Notes under the pieces: generated by a model
What the model saw: only the letters and a program-made list of their open reading frames with translations
What the model was told of the DNA's origin: nothing
The model's database searches: none
Shown: positions 43,576 to 53,651 of the stretch, in pieces
Numbering within the stretch: the first letter of the stretch is position 1
Layout: each line of letters opens with the position of its first letter
Program-made: the position numbers and the translations under genes
Assembly (NCBI GenBank): GCA_005223125.1
Contig: NJBH01000008.1
Span: forward strand, 32,001 to 96,000
Length of the DNA stretch: 64,000 bases
Origin: Promethearchaeota archaeon Loki_b32
Lineage (GTDB): Archaea; Asgardarchaeota; Lokiarchaeia; Sigyniarchaeales; SOKP01
Reading direction: 5' to 3'

Positions 43576-43881
43576 TCAGTAAGATCTTAAAGATAAAGGT
43601 ACTAAAAATATAAGAATTTAAGTGTAACTTTCATAGCTCTTGGATGTATAATCGTAATATTTGCATTATTATCGAGGATAAAGAGTGAAAACTTATAATT
43701 AATTCTGCTTTTTTTTTAACTTGGAATGTTCTAAAACTTCTCTTTTTAATTTTAAATTTAATTAGAATATATTTAGTAATAGACTCAATAAGGTTAAAAC
43801 CTTACAATGTTTTACAAAGATTTAATAGACTTTGATGTATAATAGTATACATTAAAATAAAAAGTTAGTAGGGCCGAAATT

Positions 43882-45198
43882 ATGGTAAATCGTAAACTTT
43901 TAGGATTAGTTATAGTCATTGCTGTTGGAGTGGCAGGTTTGAGCATTGGCATATATTATATAATGACTCTAGATTCTAAGGGTCCTGAAGATACTGAAGA
44001 ACCCCCTAGTTTATTTCAAACTAAATGGAATCAAACATGGGGAGGATCTTATAGTGAAAATGTCTATAGAATGTATCTAGATTCATTAGATGATATTTAT
44101 CTTATAGGAACCACAGATAGTTCGACTAAGAGATGCTTTTTGAAATATAATAGTTCGGGTATATTACAAAGTTATAATCTAAGCTCAGGAGATATAGATT
44201 CTATTGCACATGAGGGTTTGAATTCTTATATTACGGAAGAAGAAGCTGTTCTTACACCATTTGGACCAAAATATTCAACAGATTTATATAAATATAATAA
44301 TTCCGGTGGAATATTATGGAGTATAACAGATTTAAAAGAAGGGAGAGCAATATCTGATTCGTTCGGTAATGTGTATCTTTCAGTTCCAAGTAATTATAAA
44401 GTAATTATGGTAAAATTTAATAGTTCAGGAGATTTGCAATGGAATATTACCTGGAATTCAGTTGACTTTATTGTTTCTTCCCAAAAGATAACTGATTCAA
44501 TGGGAAATTTTTATTTGGCTGGAGAAATAGACGTTGGTTCCGGTTTTTTTAATATATATCTAACTAAATTTAATAGTTCAGGAGATCTGCAATGGGAACA
44601 AACTTGGGGTGGAAGCAATGTGGATTATCTTTATCAGATTGGAATAGATTAATTAGATAATATCTATCTTTCAGGGATAACTTTTGAAGTAAATAATTTA
44701 TATTTAGTGAAATACAATAGTGAAGGCACCTGGCAGTGGGAATACATTTGGAGTGCAGCAGATTATAATGATGAACTAACTGCAATCGCTTTTGATTCAT
44801 CTAATAATATATATCTAACGGGACTTAGAGGAACCGCCTCGTCATTCAATGTTTCACTTATTAAAGTTAATGATCAAGGTAGCTATCAATGGATTCAATC
44901 ATGGGGCGGAAGTGAGCGTGAGGAACCTAGTATATTAATATTCGATTCTGAAGATAATGTATACGTTGGTGGAACAACGACAAGTTTTGGTGCTGGAGGG
45001 CATGATATTTTCTTGATTAAGTATAATATAATGGGATATTTTCAGGGTGAATATATATGGGGGGGAAATGTTACAGAAATTCTCCGTATGATTGCATTAG
45101 ATTCTTTAGAAAATATATATCTAACTGGCATAACTAATAGCTTTGGAGCAGGAGAGTATGACATTTTCCTAATAAAACTTACTCAAAATGTATCCTAA
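43882..45198 (+). pseudogene. SBBP beta-propeller paralog interrupted by one nonsense codon
   Basis: Close paralog of 42208-43506; TCA changed to TAA at 44650-52; the same frame continues to 45198. Confidence 0.85.
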
Positions 45199-45268
45199 TC
45201 AATAGATTTTGCAATTTAAGTTTCAGAATAATCATTTTGATACTTAGTAAATAAATATCAATAAATTA

Positions 45269-47092
45269 TCATTTTATTTTTTTTATAATTTTTTCTGCTA
45301 AGTTTTTTCCCACTAACTCTGATAATTCTTTTGAGGAAGCTTTTTTTATATTAGCTACACTTCCAAAGTGATTCAATAATTTATTTCTAGTAACAGGCCC
45401 AACTCCTTCGATTTCATCCAATATTGACCCCGTAATTCGCTTTTTTCTTTGTTTTATCTGAAGCTTAACAGCAAAACGGTGTGCTTCATCTCTGACTCTT
45501 TGAAATAATTTTAAAATAGATGAGTTTGATGGTAAAATTAATGTCTCCTTCATATTAGGCATGTATATTTCTTCATATTTTTTAGCTAATCCAATAATGG
45601 GTATATTAAGGCTTAATTCTTCTAATATCGATAAACCCGCATTTAATTGCCCTCTTCCCCCGTCAACTAAGATTAGATCGGGTAATTCTAAGTTTCTATC
45701 TAAAAGCATGCTATATCGTCTTCCAATCACTTCTTTCATCATGGCAACATCATCAGGTGTTGATTTAGAACGAATTTTAAAATGCCTATAATTTTTATTA
45801 TACGGTTTTCCTTCAAGAAAATAGATCATTGATCCAGTTGCGTCTTTTCCCTCTATGTTTGAAATATCAAATCCTTCAATAACTCTCGGTAATTTTGGTA
45901 AATTCAAAACTTCTTTGATTTCTTCAAGCAATTTTTCTCTAAACTCTTTATCATTCATTTGAATTTCTTCCATCTGTACTAGTTGCTCAACCATTACCTT
46001 AGCATTTTTATTAGATATTCTTAGTAAACTTATTTCATTTTCACTACTTGGAGTTTTTATTTGTATTTCTTCATTAATATCTTTTAAAAAAGCGGCAAGT
46101 AGCCTAAATCTATTATTCATTTCTGGAATAATTACAATATCAGGTAATTGTGACTTAAAATTTTGATAATATTGTTCTAAAATTGAATTTAATATCTCAT
46201 TCTTCTGAATCAATTTCTCGCGTAAATCAAAAGTAAATGAGCTTTTATTTATAATCCTGCTTTCTCTGATATGGATGATAACCATAGCCATATATTTTTC
46301 ATTATTAAAAAAACCAACTATATCCTTGTTTTCCTCATGACTCATTAATACATGTTGTCGATCAGTAGCATGATCGATATCTTCTAATTTATCCCTCCAG
46401 AAAGACGCTGATTCAAAATCCTGGTTTTTAGATGCAAGGTACATTTTTTCTGATAATTGATTTTTCAACTCATCAGTTTCTCCTTTTAAAAATAATTCGA
46501 TTTTCTTAATATTTTCACGATATTCTTCTTTAGTAATTGTGGTAATACATGGACCAGGACAAAGTTTTAATTGATAATACAAACATGCTCTCTTTTTTTT
46601 TTTAACAGGCTTTTTACATGAACAATAAGGGAAGATTTTTCTTAGATCTCTAAGTATTCTAATTATTTCTTTTTTATCTGTATAAGGCCCTAAAAATATA
46701 TTATCTTTAGAATACTTTTCTGGATTTCTAAGTACACGGATCCTTGGAAAATCTTCAGAGTAAAAAAATGCCACCCAAGGATACGTCTTAGAATCCCTCA
46801 TGATTACATTAAAGCGAGGGAGATGTTTTTTAATTTGAATATTTTCTAAAATTAGAGCTTCTTTCTCATTTTCAGTTACAATAAATTCAATAGAATGTAT
46901 CAGTTTTACTAGTTCTTTAATTTTCACTTCATAATATGGATCTGTAAAACTTGTTTTTAAGAAATATTGATTGACTCTCTTCTTGAGACTTATAGCTTTT
47001 CCTATGTAAATAATTGAACCTTTTTTATCAGTAAATAAATAAACTCCTGATTCATTTGGTAAACTCTTTCGTTGTAAGTCTAAATCCTTCAT
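45269..47092 (-). CDS. uvrC: excinuclease ABC subunit C
   Basis: GVYLF...YIGKA, CLYYQLKLCPGPC, FDISN, LVDGGRGQ, RDEAHRFA, HhH. Confidence 0.97.
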   Translation of the reverse strand: MKDLDLQRKSLPNESGVYLFTDKKGSIIYIGKAISLKKRVNQYFLKTSFTDPYYEVKIKELVKLIHSIEFIVTENEKEALILENIQIKKHLPRFNVIMRDSKTYPWVAFFYSEDFPRIRVLRNPEKYSKDNIFLGPYTDKKEIIRILRDLRKIFPYCSCKKPVKKKKRACLYYQLKLCPGPCITTITKEEYRENIKKIELFLKGETDELKNQLSEKMYLASKNQDFESASFWRDKLEDIDHATDRQHVLMSHEENKDIVGFFNNEKYMAMVIIHIRESRIINKSSFTFDLREKLIQKNEILNSILEQYYQNFKSQLPDIVIIPEMNNRFRLLAAFLKDINEEIQIKTPSSENEISLLRISNKNAKVMVEQLVQMEEIQMNDKEFREKLLEEIKEVLNLPKLPRVIEGFDISNIEGKDATGSMIYFLEGKPYNKNYRHFKIRSKSTPDDVAMMKEVIGRRYSMLLDRNLELPDLILVDGGRGQLNAGLSILEELSLNIPIIGLAKKYEEIYMPNMKETLILPSNSSILKLFQRVRDEAHRFAVKLQIKQRKKRITGSILDEIEGVGPVTRNKLLNHFGSVANIKKASSKELSELVGKNLAEKIIKKIK

Positions 47093-47253
47093 AAATAAAA
47101 AATGTTAGTGAGAATTATGATATAATAGTTTGATGAATTTTTTATTTCAATTATTATAAGAATAAATCAAATATTAAAAATCAAAGAGAGTAAATGTTAT
47201 TTACGATTAATAAATATTAGAAAATAAATGAATTTCTAATATAAAAAAAATTT

Positions 47254-47451
47254 ATGTTAAATATGGTAAATATTAGAATTTGTCCAAAATGCAAAAAACC
47301 TACGCTAAGAACTGCCACGAATGTTAGTGGTGGGATAGCTCCAAATTTATACGAGTGTAGAGATGAAAAATGTGGTTATATTGGTGGTTTTTATGTTGAA
47401 GTTGATTCTGAAGATTATCAATTAGATCAAGATGAAAACTCTCTAGAATAA
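47254..47451 (+). CDS. small zinc-ribbon protein
   Basis: CPKC...YECRDEKCGYIG, acidic tail. Confidence 0.7.
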   Translation: MLNMVNIRICPKCKKPTLRTATNVSGGIAPNLYECRDEKCGYIGGFYVEVDSEDYQLDQDENSLE

Positions 47452-47530
47452 TTAATTTTAGTATAATATTATATTTTAACAATAAATAATTCGATTATCT
47501 CTAAGAAATAATAGTAAATATGAATTTATA

Positions 47531-48463
47531 ATGAAAAAATTGTTAGAAGATGCCCAAAAGATTAAATCCTTAGAGATTCAAGGCGCCAGTAATGTTGCCA
47601 TGAGTGCTATTGAATTTCTAAGTAATTATGCTAAGAGATTAAATTGTGAGAATATCGAGAGATGTTTTGAGAATCTTTACAAAGCAAAAGATATTCTAAT
47701 TGATACAAGACCGACAGAACCAGCTATGAAAAATGGCTTGAAATTTATTATAAATAAATTAGAACAAGAAAAAGAAAGCATTATCCCAAACTATATTTCT
47801 GATATTATTGAAAAGTATAAGAATCTTTATAATGAATTGCTCCAAAATTCGAAGAAAAGAATTGCAGAAATAGGAGCTCGACGTTTTCCTTCTTCTGGTC
47901 AAAAATTTAATGTTATGACTCACTGTCACTCAAGTTTAGTTACTGGGATTCTTTTAGAAGCTAAGAGACAAGGTAAAGACTTTAAAGTGATTAATACTGA
48001 AACACAACCTCGATTACAAGGTAGGAAAACTGCAAAAAAATTATTAAATGCAAATATTGAAGTTATTCATGTGGTCGATAGTGCCATGAGATGGGCTGTA
48101 AGACATTATCAGGTTAACATGATTATAATAGGTGCTGATAGTATAACTTCTGAGGGAACAATTATCAATAAAATAGGATCACGACTACTCGCTTTAGTAG
48201 CCCATGAAGAGCATGTCCCATTTTATGTTGCATCTCCCTTATTAAAGTATAATCCGGAAACCAATCTTGGTTTATTAGAAACCATTGAAATGAGAGATCC
48301 TCGAGAAATATGGAATGATCCACCAGAAGGAATTGAAATTTTAAATCCGGCATTTGAAACTGTAAGTAGAAGGTATATAGATGGTTTAATCACAGAAGCA
48401 GGTATATTTGCTTCGAGTCATGTTCCAAACTATTTTGCTAAAACTTATCCAGAAATGGTTTAA
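47531..48463 (+). CDS. ribose-1,5-bisphosphate isomerase (eIF2B-like)
   Basis: IQGASNVA, TRPTEP, THCHSS, ETQPRLQG, NKIGS, NPAFE; adjacent to RuBisCO. Confidence 0.88.
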   Translation: MKKLLEDAQKIKSLEIQGASNVAMSAIEFLSNYAKRLNCENIERCFENLYKAKDILIDTRPTEPAMKNGLKFIINKLEQEKESIIPNYISDIIEKYKNLYNELLQNSKKRIAEIGARRFPSSGQKFNVMTHCHSSLVTGILLEAKRQGKDFKVINTETQPRLQGRKTAKKLLNANIEVIHVVDSAMRWAVRHYQVNMIIIGADSITSEGTIINKIGSRLLALVAHEEHVPFYVASPLLKYNPETNLGLLETIEMRDPREIWNDPPEGIEILNPAFETVSRRYIDGLITEAGIFASSHVPNYFAKTYPEMV

Positions 48464-48475
48464 CTGAAATAAAAA

Positions 48476-49756
48476 TTATTGTATCTTCCATTTTCCAATA
48501 GCTTTCGCTAATTCGGGATTTTTTTTTGCATGTTCATCTAAGGATGACCCCATTAGAATAGCATCAATTGCTTGTCTAATAGCTTTCGCACCCGCTTCTG
48601 TTCCATCAGGATGTCCATGACAACCTCCACCAAACTGATAAACCATATCTTTTCCTAAAATTTGAATTAAATCAGGAATGTGAAGTGGGCTTAAACCTCC
48701 AGAAGCTACGGGTAACGTAGGTTTAATATCCCCCCAATCTTGATCAAGCATAGAGTCATTATTATCAGAAATCTTCTTTGCAGTCAGAACCTCATTGCAT
48801 TCTAATACTTCTCTTTTTCCACCCTCCATTTTCCCCACAACTGTTCCAGTATGAAGTTGATCCATGCCAATTAATCTCATTATTTTAGATAGGGCTAACA
48901 TCGTCATTCCATGCTTTTTATTTCGAGTTAATGCTGCATGCATTGCTCTATGAGCGTGAATAACTATGTTTTTATCATCTAAATAATCTCTAATTTCCTG
49001 TAAAGCCGAAAATCCGACTGTAAGAATATCTACCATTACATATTCTCCTCCATTTTCAATGACAAAATCTGCACGGTTTTTCATAATACTAAGAGGTGCT
49101 GTTATGTTGGGCATGTAAAACTTCCTTTCTCCCGTTTCATTTTCCATTTTATCCCGAGTTTTTAAAGTTTCCATGACTCTTTTCTCGAACTTGTTAAAAG
49201 TCATACTCGTTAAATTTTCATCATCCTTAACAATATCTAATCCACCAATCCATGCATCTCCACATATTTTTGCATGTTCAACTTCATTCAATCCTACTTT
49301 AGGTTTCACAATTGTACCAAGAAGTGGTCTATCCTTCACTTTAGTTAATTTTCTAATTCCTTCAATTCCATATTTAGGTCCCTTATATGTATTAACAATA
49401 TCTTTAGGAAAACAAATATCTAATAATCTTAACGATTTTAATACCTTCATTCCATAAATATTTCCCGCAATAGCGCTTAGAATCTGTGGTAAATTATTTG
49501 CTTCAAAAAGCTCTTTTGTGTAAGCAATCTTAATTATTTTTTTTTCTGGATTAATATAAAAAGTTGAAGGCTTAAGTCTTTTAGCTATATCAGCAGAAAG
49601 TGTTGCTATTTCTGTCCAAGTGCCAATTGAACTTTCTTTTGCTATTTCTTCTGAAGCATGTTGTATATTTTTACATTCTGGCGAAATTTCTACATAATAC
49701 ATTGCGATTAAATCATTTTCGTTTGGCTGGTAGGCCAAATTTACGTAATCCACCAA
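48476..49756 (-). CDS. rbcL: form III RuBisCO large subunit
   Basis: ESSIGTW, GTIVKPKVGL, GLDIVKDDE, HAHRAMHAA, GTVVGKMEG, ASGG, GGGCHGHP. Confidence 0.95.
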   Translation of the reverse strand: MVDYVNLAYQPNENDLIAMYYVEISPECKNIQHASEEIAKESSIGTWTEIATLSADIAKRLKPSTFYINPEKKIIKIAYTKELFEANNLPQILSAIAGNIYGMKVLKSLRLLDICFPKDIVNTYKGPKYGIEGIRKLTKVKDRPLLGTIVKPKVGLNEVEHAKICGDAWIGGLDIVKDDENLTSMTFNKFEKRVMETLKTRDKMENETGERKFYMPNITAPLSIMKNRADFVIENGGEYVMVDILTVGFSALQEIRDYLDDKNIVIHAHRAMHAALTRNKKHGMTMLALSKIMRLIGMDQLHTGTVVGKMEGGKREVLECNEVLTAKKISDNNDSMLDQDWGDIKPTLPVASGGLSPLHIPDLIQILGKDMVYQFGGGCHGHPDGTEAGAKAIRQAIDAILMGSSLDEHAKKNPELAKAIGKWKIQ

Positions 49757-49899
49757 ATTAAATCACTAATTATCCTACTAATTTAAAATTTATAAAACTA
49801 TACTGAAATTTCCTAAGAAGAAATTCAAATATTGAATTATTATATTAAAATCATAAAAAATTAATAATATTTTTAATTACTTTATAGTGTGATGAAACT

Positions 49900-50205
49900 A
49901 TGAGTGAAGTAAAATCTTTCACAATCAACGTAAAGGATTTAAGTTTTAAAAGTGAACAACATGTTCTCGATTTAATTAGATTCTTATCTGAAGCGTTACC
50001 TCAGATAACCCTTGACAGAAACGGAAATGATATTAATGTAGAAATGCCAAACAAATTATCTAAAAGAACATTGAAGCTCAGAATCAAAAAATTTTTACAT
50101 AAAAAAGGATTATATAATGACTACAGACCAATATCTTATAAAACCGCTGAAACTGAAGGATATATTGTGAAGGAAAAGAAATTAGTTGAGCTAAGCTATT
50201 ATTAA
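49900..50205 (+). CDS. rpl22e: ribosomal protein eL22 (L22e)
   Basis: FTIN...LSKRTLKLRIKKFLHKKGLYNDYR parallels eukaryotic FTID...FSKRYLKYLTKKYLKKxxLRDWLR. Confidence 0.8.
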   Translation: MSEVKSFTINVKDLSFKSEQHVLDLIRFLSEALPQITLDRNGNDINVEMPNKLSKRTLKLRIKKFLHKKGLYNDYRPISYKTAETEGYIVKEKKLVELSYY

Positions 50206-50256
50206 TTCTTATCCTTTTTCGAATATAATTATATAATTTAAAAAATATATTTAGAC

Positions 50257-51231
50257 GTGCCTTTAGAAGAAATTAGCTTTAATATTTCTATTAATTCTAT
50301 AGATGAATTAACATGTTGTCTAAGTCTAGCTAGTTTATTAGAAATATCTGGTTGGCCTAAACCGGGAAATGTTCACCGCACTGAGGATTTTGAAAATACA
50401 AGATTTGAACATTTTTTAGCAGGAATAGCAGCAATTCAGCCAATTTTTAGGGAATTTTGTCAGAGAATTTTTCAATTCTCATTCAGAAATAAGAAGGAAT
50501 ATAGTCAAATAGAATTAGGTTACTTTTACAAGAAAGCTACTAAAAGTATGATGAAGTGGCAAAAGGGAGGAAACGTTTTATTAGGGCATATATTAATTTT
50601 AGCACCACTGGCAGCTGCGTCAATAATTTGTTTAAAAACGGGTAAAATTAGGATTACTGACTTAAAATATTACCTCAATAAAGTTATTGAGAACTCTTCC
50701 ATAAGCGATACTGTAAATTTATATGAAGCTATTCGGTTATCTAATCCTGGAGGCTTAGGAAAAATTGAAAAATATGATATTAATGATGAAAATTCACTCA
50801 ACGAAATAATCAAAGATAACATAAATTTAAAAAAAATATTTGAACTTTCAAAAGAATATGATTTGATAAGCTTAGAATATTCAACAGGTTTCAATATTAT
50901 TATTAATGAAGGTTTGCCATATTTTTTTACAACATTCAGTCAATGCAATGATATCAATACTGCTACTGTCAATACTTATCTAAAACTATTGTCTGAATAT
51001 CCAGACACATTAGTTATAAGAAAATCTGGATTAGACGCGGCTACCCATATCTCAAAAATGGCATCAAATATCTTAGAAAATGGAGGTATTTCGTCCTATA
51101 AAGGGTTAAAATTGGCTTTAGATTTAGATACAGAACTCCAAGAGAAAAAGGGAAAATTAAATCCAGGTACTATAGCAGATCTCATTTCTGGTGTAATATT
51201 TTGCGCATTACTTTTTGGTTTAAGATTTTGA
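50257..51231 (+). CDS. citG: triphosphoribosyl-dephospho-CoA synthase-like protein (CitG family)
   Basis: LLEISGWPKPGNVHR, PDTLVIRK, NPGTIADL. Confidence 0.85.
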   Translation: MPLEEISFNISINSIDELTCCLSLASLLEISGWPKPGNVHRTEDFENTRFEHFLAGIAAIQPIFREFCQRIFQFSFRNKKEYSQIELGYFYKKATKSMMKWQKGGNVLLGHILILAPLAAASIICLKTGKIRITDLKYYLNKVIENSSISDTVNLYEAIRLSNPGGLGKIEKYDINDENSLNEIIKDNINLKKIFELSKEYDLISLEYSTGFNIIINEGLPYFFTTFSQCNDINTATVNTYLKLLSEYPDTLVIRKSGLDAATHISKMASNILENGGISSYKGLKLALDLDTELQEKKGKLNPGTIADLISGVIFCALLFGLRF

Positions 51232-51313
51232 ATTCAAAAAAGTTATTTGGTAAATTTAATTTGTTATTCTTAAGAGGAGTTAATTTATAATTTCAGATTG
51301 GGTTTAATAGATT

Positions 51314-51664
51314 ATGGAATTCTGCGATGAATGTGGGGGAATGATGTTACCCTCAAATTTAGATGGACAAAAGGTATTTAAATGCAAGTGTGGAGCAACT
51401 AAACCATTTTCAGAAGAAAAATCTGTGGCGTATAAGGTGACTACTAAAATTGAACATCCCATTAGAAATGAAGTTACAAACCTAACTGAAGTTATAAACT
51501 GGAAAGAAAAGAATTTGAGAAGCACAATTAAAGATTTTAAATGTCCTCGATGTGGCTATACGAAAGCGCACCTAGAAACAAGGCAAACACGTAGTGCTGA
51601 TGAGGGAATGACTCATTTTATAATTTGTTTAAAATGCGGTAAAATGAAGAAAATTGGCAGCTAG
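51314..51664 (+). CDS. tfs: transcription factor S (RpoM/Rpb9-like)
   Basis: FCDECG...CKC and CPRC...QTRSADEGMT...CLKC. Confidence 0.93.
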   Translation: MEFCDECGGMMLPSNLDGQKVFKCKCGATKPFSEEKSVAYKVTTKIEHPIRNEVTNLTEVINWKEKNLRSTIKDFKCPRCGYTKAHLETRQTRSADEGMTHFIICLKCGKMKKIGS

Positions 51665-51665
51665 C

Positions 51666-51962
51666 TTATAAAAATAGTTTATCAATTATTTCTTCTTCTT
51701 CAATATTCCTTAGAAAGGCGATTTTAATTAGCTTATCTTTACTTTTTAAACCAGAGATTATATGAATTTGATTTGATGAAATACTTAACTTTTTTCCTAT
51801 AAGGGCTATTAATTCTTTATTTGCTTTATTTTGGACAGGTTTAGATTTTAGATATATTGTTAAAACATCCCCATTGTTAATTATTTTCTGACTTCTAGAA
51901 TTTGCCTTAACATTCAGTCTTAATACAAAATTAGTATTTGAGCGCTGTTCCAAAAATTTCAT
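51666..51962 (-). CDS. DUF167/YggU family protein
   Basis: PVQNKANKELI...IISGLKSKDK. Confidence 0.9.
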   Translation of the reverse strand: MKFLEQRSNTNFVLRLNVKANSRSQKIINNGDVLTIYLKSKPVQNKANKELIALIGKKLSISSNQIHIISGLKSKDKLIKIAFLRNIEEEEIIDKLFL

Positions 51963-51990
51963 TGTTTAAAATTATGTTATTCATTTTAAA

Positions 51991-53370
51991 TCATATAAAA
52001 TCATCTACTCTCATTTTTAAAAGATTATAGGATGGTTTTGATAATCTAATTCCTCCAGCTAACTTATGACCTCCCCCTACACCTCCTAATTCTTTTTTTA
52101 TAGTAGAAATAATCTTATTTACCCCAAATCCTTTATTGTTTTCTAAATATGTCCTTGAACAGCGAATACTTAATTTGATTGTACCGGATTTTTTCTCAGG
52201 ACCTCCAAGAAATAAGATTTTATTTGGGTCAAATAGTTCGTTAACCGCACTAAAACTAGCTGTATCTGACCAATTACTCGGTGGAATTTTTCCTTTTACT
52301 TCCAAGAAAAGTGCTTTTTCAGTTTCATAATGAGGAGATTCGATTGATAAAGTTCTTAAATTTTTAGAAAGATTCTCTATATATTCATAAAATATACTTT
52401 TAGCATAACGTGTTGTTGATTTTAATTGAATCATTGAAATCGCAGCACTAATATTCTTAAAACATAGAATATTCAATAAAAGCGCATGTTCAAAAGCAAA
52501 TTTCAATACTCCTAATTTTTGGGGTAATATTGCATAATGACCATAACTATCAATATTAGCGTTTCTTTGAATTTGTTGGATTTCTACACTTGTTAAATCA
52601 GCAACTTTAGTCTTAGGATTAATGTTTATCGAATTTAAAAATGAAGTGACCTCTTGATCCACTATTCCTCCAAATCGTCTAAGAAAGGGTAATATACTAT
52701 ATTTCAAACCATTCCTTATTGATTCATGCATACTTCCAAATAAAATTAAACCTTCTTTATCTTCAAGAAGTTCTTCACTAATTAATTCTTCATACACTTC
52801 CCGGTTAAATGATTTTAATTGATCCATTGGTTTTAGTGAATCTCCAGCAATTCCTAGTACTGTTAACCACCCTTGTTTCACTATAGAAGGTTTTACCTGC
52901 TTAGCAAACATATATGTTAGAGTTGCTCCAGCAATATGTTCTAAACCATCATAGCCATAAATAGTTGGATTAATAAAAAATAAATTTTCAGGAAATTCAT
53001 TGTTTTGGATGTCATCTTCTACTTCATGATGATCAAGAATGAAAAAGATTTCTTTTCTATTTTTAATAATCGGGATTAATTCTTTTAAATTTGAGCCTAC
53101 ATCTGTAAAGATGAATGCATTTTTATCTGTTTGTCTACTTGAAAGAATACCTTTTAGGTAATTATTCCAAGAAACAGATCGATTATAAATAAAATAATCA
53201 TAATCTAAATGCATTTTATATAATAAATTTTGGACCAGATGAAGACAGCTAATTCCATCAGCATCATTATGAGAAATGGTTACAACATGATTAAAGGAAC
53301 GATCGACAAATTGATCTATAGCATTGTTAAAATCTTCCAAGAATTTAGTTTTATTAGGTTTAGTGGTCAT
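51991..53370 (-). CDS. DHH/DHHA1 phosphoesterase (archaeal RecJ-like)
   Basis: HNDADG, TDVGS, LDHH, GGGHKLAGG. Confidence 0.88.
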   Translation of the reverse strand: MTTKPNKTKFLEDFNNAIDQFVDRSFNHVVTISHNDADGISCLHLVQNLLYKMHLDYDYFIYNRSVSWNNYLKGILSSRQTDKNAFIFTDVGSNLKELIPIIKNRKEIFFILDHHEVEDDIQNNEFPENLFFINPTIYGYDGLEHIAGATLTYMFAKQVKPSIVKQGWLTVLGIAGDSLKPMDQLKSFNREVYEELISEELLEDKEGLILFGSMHESIRNGLKYSILPFLRRFGGIVDQEVTSFLNSININPKTKVADLTSVEIQQIQRNANIDSYGHYAILPQKLGVLKFAFEHALLLNILCFKNISAAISMIQLKSTTRYAKSIFYEYIENLSKNLRTLSIESPHYETEKALFLEVKGKIPPSNWSDTASFSAVNELFDPNKILFLGGPEKKSGTIKLSIRCSRTYLENNKGFGVNKIISTIKKELGGVGGGHKLAGGIRLSKPSYNLLKMRVDDFI

Positions 53371-53651
53371 TTATATCATTACATTCTGCATATTTAGATA
53401 CTATTTTGTCGATAAATTGATTAAAAATTAATGTCCAATATAAAATTTAATAGAAAACAAAGGTTCAAAACGTTGTAATTAATCTTATCTTATTTTGAAA
53501 TCTAATAAATTCCAAATAAATTCTATAATTATAAATATTCCGATTTCATTTAGGAATTTTAAGGAAAATTAGTTAGTGCTTAAAACCTATAGAAAAATTA
53601 TTTAATTTAAATTAATTTTCTGTTCTAAATACTAATATTATCTCATTTATA

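Noticed and set aside
44650-44652. Recoded stop (Sec/Pyl) in the propeller paralog
   Set aside because: The codon is TAA and aligns with Ser (TCA) in the paralog, so a nonsense mutation or sequencing error is more likely.
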